This document shows, in pieces, positions 39,880 to 49,786 of a stretch of DNA of 64,000 nucleotides; positions within the stretch are counted from its first letter, which is position 1, and each line of letters opens with the position of its first letter. The translations under genes and the position numbers were made by a program. The notes beneath the pieces were generated by a model. It was not told where the DNA came from and searched no databases. It worked only from the letters and a program-made list of their open reading frames with translations. The stretch comes from a virus, in IMG/VR virus record IMGVR_UViG_3300029448_000003, positions 1 to 64,000 of that record; one strand, 5' to 3'.

Positions 39880-40781
39880 TAAAATGGAATTTCATCATCT
39901 AATGTTTTGTCTACCTTAACAAAGTCTTCAACTAATTGTGAGTCCTCATTAGATAGTTCGGCAGGTTTAGCTTTATCTTTCCACGCACCAAAAACATATA
40001 TATTATAATTCTCAATCCATTGCATAAAGTCACCAAACCTTTCTTGCACTTCATCTGTTACCTCATTTACATCTTTACCCAATGTACCTGATGGTAAGTA
40101 GAACGTACCAATATTTCCTTTGCGTTCAGTAGAACCTAAAGCAATTTCATATTGGACAGGAAGATGTTTCAAACTTCCTACTTTACTAATAGGCTCACCC
40201 ATAATCTTAAAGGCATCCCTATTATCAATCTCCCAAATAAATGGAAGGTCAACTACATCCTCAAGTTCTGAACCATCTTCTCCTAAAACATTTTTAGCAG
40301 TAAGAGTACCTATAAAAACACGTACACGTTTAATACTCTTTAGTAGTTTCTTAGTACTATCAGGTAAAGCGTTATAGTCTTTAATCCAACCTGCAGGTTT
40401 ACCACAATTAAATCCACCTGCATTATCTTTAAGGTCAGTATTTAAATTGTCAGCCATTACAGTCTTAACATAGAAAGCTCTACCACTTGAGTTATCAAAC
40501 TTCTTGTACATAAATCTTTGTACGTAAGGTCTAATCGTTACCTCTTCTGAATAGAATGTAGCATCATTAGCAATGTCCTCTATTTTATAAGAGCCACCAT
40601 TTACTATGGCAGCTTGGGTTTTCTTACCCTTTACTTCTACTTCACCCATAATTGGTGAGTGTTGTAGTTTAAGTCTAGCTAATTGTAGTGTAGCTTTCTT
40701 AGTAGTTAAATCGGCATTCATACCCATAGCTTGAGCCATGCCATTAAAGTTATTTATATCAATTGTATTTACATTATTCAT
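39879..40781 (-). CDS. Single-stranded DNA-binding protein (putative)
   Basis: Adjacent to Pol; acidic tail ending DDEIPF. Confidence 0.7.
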   Translation of the reverse strand: MNNVNTIDINNFNGMAQAMGMNADLTTKKATLQLARLKLQHSPIMGEVEVKGKKTQAAIVNGGSYKIEDIANDATFYSEEVTIRPYVQRFMYKKFDNSSGRAFYVKTVMADNLNTDLKDNAGGFNCGKPAGWIKDYNALPDSTKKLLKSIKRVRVFIGTLTAKNVLGEDGSELEDVVDLPFIWEIDNRDAFKIMGEPISKVGSLKHLPVQYEIALGSTERKGNIGTFYLPSGTLGKDVNEVTDEVQERFGDFMQWIENYNIYVFGAWKDKAKPAELSNEDSQLVEDFVKVDKTLDDEIPF

Positions 40782-40813
40782 AAATTATACTCCTTTCGTG
40801 AGTTGTTAATATA

Positions 40814-42835
40814 TTAAGCAACGTCTTTGGTGTCAAGCCAATTGTCACCAATCTTTGCTTCAAGTAATAATGGTACATTAAAACATACTTTAAAATGTTT
40901 GTCAACAAGTTTTTTTAATTTACCATTAATATTTTTAATGACCCCCAACACAACATTGATTTCAGTTGGATGTACATCAATAACAATACTATCATGTACT
41001 GTATTCACTATACATGATTGATATTGTTGTAATTCCCTATCCATTTCTAACAGAGTTATTGGTACAATATCTGCTGTAGCAAAACTTTGAACCGGGAAAT
41101 TCTTTATCTGCGTAAAATAACTAACTGTACCATTAGACCTACGTTCTACATTTGGAAATGAAAACTGTCTGCCTGATGGTGTTGTAATCTTACGTTCTTC
41201 TATAGCTTCTTTAGCCAATCTGGCATGCCAAAGTGCGATTCCTTTATACTTTTTCGTGAACTGTTTATAATACGTTGCTTCAGCAACTGACCTCCCAAAC
41301 CCCGTAGCTCCGTAGAGTGGTGCAAAGGTGTGGGCTTTAGCTTCTTGCCTACTAATCTTTTGACCACCCTCAGTAATAACTTTGGCAGTGTAGTTATGTA
41401 CGTCAAATCCATTATCTATCTCCTTCATTGCTGTTTCATCTTGTGCTAAATATGCAGCAGTTCTAAACTCTAACTGTGCAAAGTCTGCTTCTAATATCTT
41501 GCCACCTTCCCAACGTGAAATAAATACACGCTTTACAGGAAACGTACCACCTCTTGGCATGTTCTGCATGTTAGGGTCTGCTCCACTAAATCTACCTGTA
41601 GCTGTTCGATGTTGTAATAATCGTACATGTAGTTTATTATCTGATTTTATGTTGGTCTTTATCCCATCAACAAAAGACGATAGGTAACTATCCAATGCTG
41701 ACAACCTAATAACCTTAGATAAAAACTCATGTGCTTTGTCCATACCTTTTTGTTTAGCTACACTAGATAGAAAAGCAAGGTTGCTTTTGCTTGTGCTCCA
41801 CCCATGTGCTGAAATCCATTTAGAAGTAGGTGCAGTAAACTTCATACCTGCAATCTCCTTCGTAGGAATAAACAAGTATCCTTGAGCATTACAGCTAATA
41901 CACCTTGACTCTTTAGCAAAAGGAGAACCATCCTTTTTAATCTTTCGTATCTTACCACTACCATAACAAGTCTTACATTGTACGGCATTTGTTTTATATA
42001 AAACTGTAGAGTGTTCTCTGATGCTACGTTTGTATTCTGTATCTCCCATGTAAGGACTAAATATAATGGGCCATTCCTGCTTGTTCATAGGCTTACGACT
42101 ATAGATTAACCATGATAGTTGTTCAGGACTATTTAAATTAATAGGAGTGTCACCCATAAAATCTTTAACTTCCTTCTGTAAAAACTTTTCTATGTCCATC
42201 TTCTCTTGAGTAAATTCTTTTCTTACTATTTCAAGTGCATCATTATTTACTGCAAAACCACGTTGATATATATGTGCCAAACAGATAGCAACACGATTGG
42301 TTAGTAGTACACTACTGACAAGACCTCTTAGTTCTCTCTTCTTTAATCGTTCACATATCTTTGTGGCAAGTTCTTCGGTAGCATGTAGGTCACTCTTTAA
42401 ATATGAAACCAATTCATCATGTGGTATCTCATCTACACCTACTCCTTTCTTTAGATATTCTTTCATTGTGTCTTGCTTCTTAGTATTTAATTGGTATCGT
42501 TCAGCACATGCTTCCAATGAGAGAGGTTCTTTCTGTCCACATTGTAGTATGTATTCACCTAACATGGTATCAAATACATTGCCATCATATTTAAAACCAC
42601 ACTCCCATAACCACAATAAATCGTGAACAATATTGTGTCCAATCATACATGTAGTCTTATCAAGTATAGGTTGCAAGGCATCCCAGTTATCATACTCATC
42701 TGACATAATCATTGTGTTACCTTGCTCGTCAATACAACCAACCATAACAAGTTTATTTGTAGGTTCAAATGGGTCTAAGTGTAGCTTGTCATTGCGTTTA
42801 GTAACAGTATTCTCTACATCTAACACCAATCTCAT
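40814..42835 (-). CDS. polA: Family A DNA polymerase with 3'-5' exonuclease and DnaJ-like Zn insert
   Basis: LDVE, GHNI..D exo motifs; TATGRFS, DFAQLE, RQEAKAHTFAPLYG, VHDS; CKTCYGSG...CISCNAQG insert. Confidence 0.95.
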   Translation of the reverse strand: MRLVLDVENTVTKRNDKLHLDPFEPTNKLVMVGCIDEQGNTMIMSDEYDNWDALQPILDKTTCMIGHNIVHDLLWLWECGFKYDGNVFDTMLGEYILQCGQKEPLSLEACAERYQLNTKKQDTMKEYLKKGVGVDEIPHDELVSYLKSDLHATEELATKICERLKKRELRGLVSSVLLTNRVAICLAHIYQRGFAVNNDALEIVRKEFTQEKMDIEKFLQKEVKDFMGDTPINLNSPEQLSWLIYSRKPMNKQEWPIIFSPYMGDTEYKRSIREHSTVLYKTNAVQCKTCYGSGKIRKIKKDGSPFAKESRCISCNAQGYLFIPTKEIAGMKFTAPTSKWISAHGWSTSKSNLAFLSSVAKQKGMDKAHEFLSKVIRLSALDSYLSSFVDGIKTNIKSDNKLHVRLLQHRTATGRFSGADPNMQNMPRGGTFPVKRVFISRWEGGKILEADFAQLEFRTAAYLAQDETAMKEIDNGFDVHNYTAKVITEGGQKISRQEAKAHTFAPLYGATGFGRSVAEATYYKQFTKKYKGIALWHARLAKEAIEERKITTPSGRQFSFPNVERRSNGTVSYFTQIKNFPVQSFATADIVPITLLEMDRELQQYQSCIVNTVHDSIVIDVHPTEINVVLGVIKNINGKLKKLVDKHFKVCFNVPLLLEAKIGDNWLDTKDVA

Positions 42836-44055
42836 ACAGTATACCTCGCTAGTCTATAGTCAAGTTCACAATGTACACTACCATGCCAACCTGATAATTT
42901 ATTTTTAACTATATTAAGATGTCTTTGTGCATCCTCTTCATCTTGTCCTTCTACTTGTGGGTTCTTTGCTATAAGAACCATTAGGTCTGCTTCAGCAGCC
43001 TTACCAGTTCTACTACCTTCCATCATACTCTGATTAAGTACCACCTTGCCCTCTGCTTCAGCACTTAACTGTGACATATATAATACTGCACATTCATATT
43101 GCTTTGCAATCTGTCTTGCATGTATAGCACAGGCTTTAAGTGCTTCGTCTGGTCTAGTAAACCCTTTGAACGTAGCAAACTTATCACCCATATCTAATAC
43201 AACAATATCAGGCTTAACAGATTTAACTGCTGACTCAACCCAATTCATGTCACTCATTGTGACATCTTTAATACGTATCTTGTCCTTAACCTTTTGATAG
43301 ATTGAGTGTGCTTTGGTTGGGTCTTGTTTTACTTGAGGTAAGGTAAGACCTGTTGCAGCTGTAAGGTAACGAGCAGCTACTCTGTGATAGCTTTCTTCAT
43401 TACATAATACAATACAGTTTGCACCTTGTTCTGCAAACCCACCCGGACCTGCTATCAATGATGCATGAAAAGATGTTTTACCTGTGTTAGGTCTAGCACC
43501 TATCTCTATTAGATGTCCTGCATTAATACCTTCTACTCGTCTACACAATGAGGGTATATTAAATGTCCACCTTGCTTCCAAATCATTCTTTGCAAGAAGA
43601 GTTTCAATTGTAATATCATCCCATTCAATATTCATGTTGGGAGTAAAGTCATCTGCATATTGCTCCAAGAGATTACGCAAAGGCTCAAGTGAACTCTTTG
43701 CACCATTAACATAATCAAACCCTAAGTTTGCTATGTCTTCTCCAATAACTTGTTGGAATAACTTTGACAACACTTCTTGTGCTACATCACTACCCATAGG
43801 TTTCTCTTTCTTTATTTGCATAAAGAGAGAACCATATGCATTCTTCTGTGCCGTACTCATTGAGGGATTACTTGCTATAAATAATGCTTCAACCTCATCA
43901 GGCGATACAGTACGGCTATATCTATCCATCGCCTTATCTAATGTTTGTTTTATCTTTTGTACATCCTTACTAAATAATCTGTTAGGACATCTTGAACCTC
44001 TATGCTCATCATAGAATGATTTGTCCATAAGACTTCTTACTAATGATAGTTCCAT
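42832..44055 (-). CDS. SF4 (DnaB-like) helicase
   Basis: GARPNTGKT, CNEE, VVLD, MSQL, EAD, IVKNK. Confidence 0.9.
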   Translation of the reverse strand: MELSLVRSLMDKSFYDEHRGSRCPNRLFSKDVQKIKQTLDKAMDRYSRTVSPDEVEALFIASNPSMSTAQKNAYGSLFMQIKKEKPMGSDVAQEVLSKLFQQVIGEDIANLGFDYVNGAKSSLEPLRNLLEQYADDFTPNMNIEWDDITIETLLAKNDLEARWTFNIPSLCRRVEGINAGHLIEIGARPNTGKTSFHASLIAGPGGFAEQGANCIVLCNEESYHRVAARYLTAATGLTLPQVKQDPTKAHSIYQKVKDKIRIKDVTMSDMNWVESAVKSVKPDIVVLDMGDKFATFKGFTRPDEALKACAIHARQIAKQYECAVLYMSQLSAEAEGKVVLNQSMMEGSRTGKAAEADLMVLIAKNPQVEGQDEEDAQRHLNIVKNKLSGWHGSVHCELDYRLARYTV

Positions 44056-44831
44056 ACCATCTCCTTTAAGTTGTTAATATCGGTTTCTTTTCTATACTTT
44101 AAGTCATCAGTTATACGCAAAACTTTTACTTTGTCAACCCATCCTCTTAATTCTTTTGCAATTTGCAAATTCTTTTTAAGAGCATCGGGGTCAAGTGCCA
44201 CGATAACTTTTTTATAATGACTTAAAAAATCTTTGTGTTCGTGTAGTAGGCTTGTACCCAATAGGGCTACACCTGCCATACCATACTCTGAAACAACACA
44301 TGCACTTATACAATCTTCTACTACAACACATGTATCATTACGTTCATTCGTTAGGGAATTGTAAACTCCTGATACAAAAGGTACTTTACTTTTACCATAA
44401 CGTTTCCATTTAGGAAGTCTGCTTCCTATGCTTCTACCAACGGCATCTATTACCATGCCCTCGTCATTAAATATTTTAAAGACTGCTCTATTTTCCCGGA
44501 CATCATGCATACAATAGTTTTCATATATATATTTATATTCATTATTATGTAACACACCATGTTTAAAATCCACAATGTATTCAGGAAAACTAAATGTCGT
44601 TCCTTCGACTTGCCTTTTATTAAATGCAGAACGTATCTGTTCTATTGACATGTTCACTTTAACTGAACCACCTACAGAACAACCAGCTTTGTAACAGTTG
44701 TACAATACTTGTCCCATATTTGTGGACACAGTAAATGTATGCTTACCACCACATGATGGACAGTCCATACGTTTTGTGCTGTCATAAGATAGCTCGTCTG
44801 CAATTTCGTTTACATATTTCTGTATATCCAT
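44040..44831 (-). CDS. DNA primase (Zn finger + TOPRIM)
   Basis: CPSC...C...C; VVED; ALLGT; ALDPDA. Confidence 0.9.
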   Translation of the reverse strand: MDIQKYVNEIADELSYDSTKRMDCPSCGGKHTFTVSTNMGQVLYNCYKAGCSVGGSVKVNMSIEQIRSAFNKRQVEGTTFSFPEYIVDFKHGVLHNNEYKYIYENYCMHDVRENRAVFKIFNDEGMVIDAVGRSIGSRLPKWKRYGKSKVPFVSGVYNSLTNERNDTCVVVEDCISACVVSEYGMAGVALLGTSLLHEHKDFLSHYKKVIVALDPDALKKNLQIAKELRGWVDKVKVLRITDDLKYRKETDINNLKEMVWNYH

Positions 44832-44852
44832 GTTTCACACCTTATCATATTT

Positions 44853-45212
44853 TTAGGAATAAAGCAAGTACCTTACTTTTAAAGTACTCCTAATTCCAGT
44901 GCATTCATTTATAATTCTACGACAAACTTTAGAAAATCTGTACTTGGAGTAGGGAATGTATGTGCCTTTATGTGGTCTTATTTGTGGTGCAATATACTCT
45001 TGGAATCCAAAGTCTTTCTTCTGTTTATCTAACAGAATCAATATGTTATTGTCCCAAGTTAAGTCAACATCACACCACTTCAATAAAAAGATTTCTTTAT
45101 ATTGTTGCCGCAATTCATAGGCAAGTTGAATTATTATTCCTATGTTCCTATATTCAAATTTACTGTATGAGTGTGACAAAAATGCAACGATTTCTTTTTT
45201 GTTCCACTTCAT
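44853..45212 (-). pseudogene. Truncated/degenerate tyrosine integrase
   Basis: IIIQLAYELRQQYKEIFLLKWCDVDL resembles box I without the catalytic R; only 119 aa; in the usual integrase position upstream of primase. Confidence 0.55.
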
Positions 45213-45487
45213 CTTTTTCTCCTCTTCATTGGTTTAAAGTTACCCTCTTGCCAATCAACTCTCATACTCTGCCACTTCTCATTAGTCCAATGAGGTAGCA
45301 GATTAAAGTTTGCAATAGACATTTTATGTACATCTCTGTACACATTACCTGCTTCACGTATCCAAACCCATTTACGTTTGGTTAGTACCCAAGTCTTTCT
45401 GTATCCACTACGTGGAAGTTTGCCTTGCCAATACACTTCATATAGCTCGGCATCCTGCCACCTCTTTGCCTTTGGTTTAGTCCACAT
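45209..45487 (-). CDS. Hypothetical protein
   Basis: 92 aa, W-rich, basic. Confidence 0.6.
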   Translation of the reverse strand: MWTKPKAKRWQDAELYEVYWQGKLPRSGYRKTWVLTKRKWVWIREAGNVYRDVHKMSIANFNLLPHWTNEKWQSMRVDWQEGNFKPMKRRKR

Positions 45488-45765
45488 TAAAAATGTCCCA
45501 TGTCATTTTTCCAAGCAAGTTCGTCTGACTCTAGTACATAAGCATCATACCACTTAGACCCATGTCCATCATCACTCTTTTGTGGTACAAACTTTAGTGA
45601 GCTATGTAGATGACACAATAGTTCATCTAACATGGACACTTCTGACAGTCGTATATCATGGCATTCTGACACGTACTCTAGTGCTTCCTTCAATTTGTTG
45701 TGTAGTGTGAGGAACTTTAATCTTTGTTCCCCTGTAATTAATATATCTTCATTTACTTCTGGCAT
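45487..45765 (-). CDS. Hypothetical protein
   Basis: 92 aa, coupled to neighbours. Confidence 0.6.
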   Translation of the reverse strand: MPEVNEDILITGEQRLKFLTLHNKLKEALEYVSECHDIRLSEVSMLDELLCHLHSSLKFVPQKSDDGHGSKWYDAYVLESDELAWKNDMGHF

Positions 45766-46027
45766 AATCGTACTCCTTTATGTAGTTAAATGTTATGTTT
45801 GCACTAGGATATTGTGACTGTGTAAAGTCCAGTGCATAGTTAATAGGGTCAACTTCAACACCATGTTTTTTGAGATGCTCATTTAGAAATCGCATCCTTG
45901 TAGGCTGCCCATCTACGGACATACCTACTTCATACTCAAACATTGTGCTGTCAGTAACTTCAATAGACTTTACTCTTGGTTCATTCTTACCTTTAGTAGT
46001 CCACGTTTCATAAAATTCATTTCTCAT
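45749..46027 (-). CDS. Hypothetical protein
   Basis: 92 aa, coupled to neighbours. Confidence 0.6.
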   Translation of the reverse strand: MRNEFYETWTTKGKNEPRVKSIEVTDSTMFEYEVGMSVDGQPTRMRFLNEHLKKHGVEVDPINYALDFTQSQYPSANITFNYIKEYDYARSK

Positions 46028-46431
46028 TATGCACTCTCCATTTCTATAAATTCTGTTAAGGGTTTTGTGTAGTCCCTTTCAAAGCCTACACCTGCGACTT
46101 TCCACTTACTGTGGTAAGAGGGTAATACATTTTTTGTATTGAACGTAAACAGTTCCACTACATCATTAACAGATGTAGACCTATGCTTACCCACTCTAAT
46201 ACCTATAATCTTTTTAGGGTCATAGTTACTCCCCCAGTATTGGCTTATCGTGTTTGTAGTTTTATAAACATCTTCAAGTATCTCATGCACTACAGACAGA
46301 TTATTAATTGTAGGATACCTAAGTGCTCGTGGCACTCTAATGGTTGCTACCCAATAGTATCGTAGGTTATTAGCTTCAGCAAACATATCAACTGCGTGAT
46401 ACACTCTTGCTTCATAAAAAATAGTTGTCAT
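46027..46431 (-). CDS. Hypothetical protein
   Basis: 134 aa, RSTSVND motif, GAGGAG RBS. Confidence 0.6.
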   Translation of the reverse strand: MTTIFYEARVYHAVDMFAEANNLRYYWVATIRVPRALRYPTINNLSVVHEILEDVYKTTNTISQYWGSNYDPKKIIGIRVGKHRSTSVNDVVELFTFNTKNVLPSYHSKWKVAGVGFERDYTKPLTEFIEMESA

Positions 46432-46435
46432 ATTG

Positions 46436-46588
46436 TTACTCCTCTAGTTGTTCATTGTATAAGTAAAGACCAAAATCATAGCCTTGTTTGTATGCATCAG
46501 ATAATTTACCATTTTTTCTTTTACCTTTTAGTAAACCATCTGTAACCCCATCTTTAAAATCTTGTAGGTTTATTACTGTATCATTCAT
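46436..46588 (-). CDS. 50-aa hypothetical protein (FKDGVTDGLL...YKQGYDFG)
   Basis: Read manually; fills the gap with RBS. Confidence 0.6.
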   Translation of the reverse strand: MNDTVINLQDFKDGVTDGLLKGKRKNGKLSDAYKQGYDFGLYLYNEQLEE

Positions 46589-46769
46589 TGTTTATTAACT
46601 CCTCTGCCGTTTGTAATAAAACTTCTCTAAATGCACCATCTATTGTTGGGTTCTCTTCAGGATAGTGTTTTAAATTGTATAGGTACATATTTGTAACTCT
46701 TTCTATAAAATCAGATAATTTTAATTCATTTATGTCGTAAATATATCCATAAGGTTTGTTACTAATCAT
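46581..46769 (-). CDS. Hypothetical protein
   Basis: Start placed at MISNKPY. Confidence 0.5.
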   Translation of the reverse strand: MISNKPYGYIYDINELKLSDFIERVTNMYLYNLKHYPEENPTIDGAFREVLLQTAEELINNE

Positions 46770-47193
46770 AATTAATATCCCATCTGTAAAATATGTGGTC
46801 ATCTATTCTTGCTATGTATGTCTTGGTGCTTGCCCAAGATGGTGTAACATAGTATGCATGGTAGTGTGTAGCACCCTCAACAAAGTCATCAAGGTTGCCA
46901 TGATATACTCCATGTGCCACGAGCATTGACTGCTCCCATGCATCCATATCTCTAGGTGCATCACTCTTGCCATCACAGTACCAGCTAAACTGACATCTGT
47001 TTTTAACAGGGTAGTCAGGCTTCCAACTGTAGGTAGGTCCTTGCTCCACCACTTCACATACTGTGTTAGGGTATCGCTCATCATACACTCTGTTCATCAC
47101 GACCTGTGCTACTGCTACCTGCCCTATTAAGGATTGGTTCTTAGCTTCGTGATACACATTGAGTGCTAAACATAATAATGTTTCAGCTATCAT
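46762..47193 (-). CDS. SleB-like cell wall hydrolase
   Basis: CLALNVYHEA...AVAQVVMNRV...CQFSWYCDG...GATHYHA...HIFY. Confidence 0.92.
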   Translation of the reverse strand: MIAETLLCLALNVYHEAKNQSLIGQVAVAQVVMNRVYDERYPNTVCEVVEQGPTYSWKPDYPVKNRCQFSWYCDGKSDAPRDMDAWEQSMLVAHGVYHGNLDDFVEGATHYHAYYVTPSWASTKTYIARIDDHIFYRWDINYD

Positions 47194-47213
47194 ATTCTTC
47201 TCCTTTCGTTATG

Positions 47214-47630
47214 TTATATATAAACTCTTGGGTGTGGTTCGGATTCACTATTATGGACAAGTTCCATAACAATATTACCCATCCAACTAGGGTCTAAGTC
47301 TTTCCATCTGTTAAGATGTCTGTTATTTACTTTAAAATAATCATCTTCATATGGGTTATATCTAACCCTATTCCAACCAAAGTTTTCTATAGGTGGGTAT
47401 GAGATAAACGGAGATGCCAACATACCTACTGCAAATGCATGTACATTTTTCTTTCCTTGTTCTCGCACTCTCTTCTGTCCACCCTTTCGCACCACAAACT
47501 TTGCTTCAGACAGAACAACATGGTTGTCATGCCCAATAACTTTATTTGTTTTAGTGCTTTGAATACTCCAAAGTTTTTTGTGTAAGTTCCAGTATACACG
47601 AACTCTAAGTGTAAGATATTTCATATCCAT
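47214..47630 (-). CDS. Conserved phage hypothetical protein
   Basis: VYWNLHKKLWSI...RVREQGKKNVHAF...YNPY. Confidence 0.7.
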   Translation of the reverse strand: MDMKYLTLRVRVYWNLHKKLWSIQSTKTNKVIGHDNHVVLSEAKFVVRKGGQKRVREQGKKNVHAFAVGMLASPFISYPPIENFGWNRVRYNPYEDDYFKVNNRHLNRWKDLDPSWMGNIVMELVHNSESEPHPRVYI

Positions 47631-47632
47631 AA

Positions 47633-48805
47633 TTATTTTACTCCTTCAAATATGTGGGCAATCACATCTACTGTCCACCCATTGCCTAACATCTTATAAC
47701 GTTGGGTGTTGGAGATGGTATCCCACTCTTGTTTTTTATCATTATATTTTCCAAACTGTGTGTAATTATCAGGCACAGTTTGTAGTCTTTCACACTCCAA
47801 TGGTGTTAGCTTTCTATATAATTCTTTCTGTACTACAACATTGTCCTTGTGGACAGTTGTCAAACAGTTTGACTTATCGCTATCACTTACTTCTAACTGT
47901 CGTGTAAATGGTAGTTCAAGTTGGTCATCCTTTCGTACTCCATTCTTATCAAGCCTACGATTAACAAGCCTACCAATGGCTACCTTTGGTTGTCTATGCC
48001 CACCCTGCATAGTCGTGAGTGTAGGACTCTTCCCATTAGGTGAGTATACTCGCTTGATAATGTCGTACCCCTTGATGTTGGTAGCATTACCTACTTGTAT
48101 GGGTTTCTTTACATAGGTAGGTATCTGTCCTTTGTACATAGATGCAGTAAGACAGTTAGCCTTTGGGTCATCAACAGACTTTACCATATCACCTCTACGT
48201 CTACCACACCATTCATTCTCAAGATAGTTTGGTATCTTGTGGAAAGGTAGGTTTTCAAGTATGTCACTAATAACAATGCCCTTGTCCTCTATCTGTGGTA
48301 TAGGTATCTGCTCGTACTCCTTTGATTCATTTAAGAATCCAAACCAATATAGCCTATGTCTATTCTGTGCTGATGCATCAGCAGAGTTAATCATCTGTGG
48401 TTCAAAGCCAATGAACTCTGATATAACATCTTGAGATTCTTTTTTCATGCGAACATTCTCCAAGAGAATATACTTTGGTTGTAGCATATCTCGTATACGT
48501 ATGAACTCAAAGAATAGTTTACTGCGTGGGTCATCAAAGTTTAACTGTTTGCCTGCAAAACTAAAACCTTGACATGGCGAACCACCCATAAGCAAGTCAC
48601 ACTCTATATCCCATTTACTTGCCGTACTAGAAGTAAACTTTGTAACGTCACCTAGTTGTACTGTGTTTGGATAGTTTTTCTGTGCCACTTGCATTGGATA
48701 GTTTTCTATCTCGCAAGCATAATAATTCCTATAGTCAATGCCCACTCTATTGAGTGCAATCTGACCACAAGACATACCATCAAATAAACTGACTACATCT
48801 TTCAT
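47633..48805 (-). CDS. C5 cytosine DNA methyltransferase
   Basis: SLFDG, GGSPCQGFS, LLENV, Q.R.R, ERLQ, RYKMLGNGW. Confidence 0.93.
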   Translation of the reverse strand: MKDVVSLFDGMSCGQIALNRVGIDYRNYYACEIENYPMQVAQKNYPNTVQLGDVTKFTSSTASKWDIECDLLMGGSPCQGFSFAGKQLNFDDPRSKLFFEFIRIRDMLQPKYILLENVRMKKESQDVISEFIGFEPQMINSADASAQNRHRLYWFGFLNESKEYEQIPIPQIEDKGIVISDILENLPFHKIPNYLENEWCGRRRGDMVKSVDDPKANCLTASMYKGQIPTYVKKPIQVGNATNIKGYDIIKRVYSPNGKSPTLTTMQGGHRQPKVAIGRLVNRRLDKNGVRKDDQLELPFTRQLEVSDSDKSNCLTTVHKDNVVVQKELYRKLTPLECERLQTVPDNYTQFGKYNDKKQEWDTISNTQRYKMLGNGWTVDVIAHIFEGVK

Positions 48806-49369
48806 TTACTTCTCCTCTATGTAAACACGTAAGTGTGTTGACTGTTGTATGTTCTGCCCATGTGCCGTAGCACCAGTGCCTTTGTACTCGTCTTTAACAT
48901 GCTGACCTAACACCCTCATTTTGTATCTGCTTCTGTTGAAATATTTTCTTGCATCATCAACAAACCTTTGACCATCACAGTCATTAGGTATCTCGCTGAA
49001 TACATAACGTGGTGCTGTCACTTCTCTGTAAGACTTTTCCTCAAGCCTTTTGTGTAAGTCTTGATTACGTTCTTTGAGATTTTCATATACATCTATACTA
49101 ACAGAGTTGTTACAATGCTTTTTATACTGTTCAATTTCTTGGGTTAACTCAGCTACCTTACCCTCTTGTGTATCTCTTCGCACCTCTTCATTTAGTTGTG
49201 TGTTGTATTTTATAAATGCTCTGACAAAATGTACAAAGTCCATGTCCTCTAATGCATAATCCTTTTCTTGTGACTTGGATTCATAAAGAATATTATCTAA
49301 TTCTTTTATGTCTGATGGTACAAAACCATCAACTGTTTCAAGTATTTTTACTATCTGTTTTATCTTCAT
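48806..49369 (-). CDS. Hypothetical protein with coiled coil
   Basis: 187 aa; DMDFVHFVRAF and IPND..G...YKMRV.GQ. Confidence 0.65.
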   Translation of the reverse strand: MKIKQIVKILETVDGFVPSDIKELDNILYESKSQEKDYALEDMDFVHFVRAFIKYNTQLNEEVRRDTQEGKVAELTQEIEQYKKHCNNSVSIDVYENLKERNQDLHKRLEEKSYREVTAPRYVFSEIPNDCDGQRFVDDARKYFNRSRYKMRVLGQHVKDEYKGTGATAHGQNIQQSTHLRVYIEEK

Positions 49370-49524
49370 TGCATTTCTCCTATAATATTATTGTAATAAT
49401 ATGATACGTCATCATAACTTTCATCTTCAGATGCACCAGCACAATCCAAACACACTATACCCTCGTCAGTTTCGTGGCTAACCCAATCATTTTTAGTGGG
49501 TTCATTACATATAATACAATGCAT
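49366..49524 (-). CDS. Small zinc-finger protein
   Basis: CIIC...CLDC; GAGGAG RBS. Confidence 0.6.
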   Translation of the reverse strand: MHCIICNEPTKNDWVSHETDEGIVCLDCAGASEDESYDDVSYYYNNIIGEMQ

Positions 49525-49525
49525 A

Positions 49526-49675
49526 TTATGCACTCCTCTTTTTGTTGTTGTGTAATTGTTTAAGCAAATCATTTACAAACCATAGCTTTGTATTGTCTAC
49601 ATTTTTTCTTTGGTTACGTCTTTCCATTTGCCTTATAGTTTTATCAGCTTTCAGCTTTCTCTTCTCTTTCGACAT
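49526..49675 (-). CDS. 49-aa basic protein
   Basis: Read manually: MSKEKRKLKADKTIRQMERRNQRK... Confidence 0.5.
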   Translation of the reverse strand: MSKEKRKLKADKTIRQMERRNQRKNVDNTKLWFVNDLLKQLHNNKKRSA

Positions 49676-49781
49676 CTTTCTTTTCCTTTTTTCTATTATA
49701 TTTTTTCTTGTCCTTCACAACCCTATGCTTGTACTGCTCAAGTTGCAGAGATTTAGCAATAGGGTTGCGAGGTTTTTGCAT
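49644..49781 (-). CDS. 45-aa ArfA-like basic peptide
   Basis: Read manually: MQKPRNPIAKSLQLEQYKHRVVKDKKKYNRKKEKKDVEREEKAES. Confidence 0.55.
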   Translation of the reverse strand: MQKPRNPIAKSLQLEQYKHRVVKDKKKYNRKKEKKDVEREEKAES

Positions 49782-49786
49782 GACAC

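Noticed and set aside
44710-44728. Fifth palindrome copy TGTCCCATATTTGTGGACA in primase
   Set aside because: Spacer is 3 nt too long and the flanks do not match.
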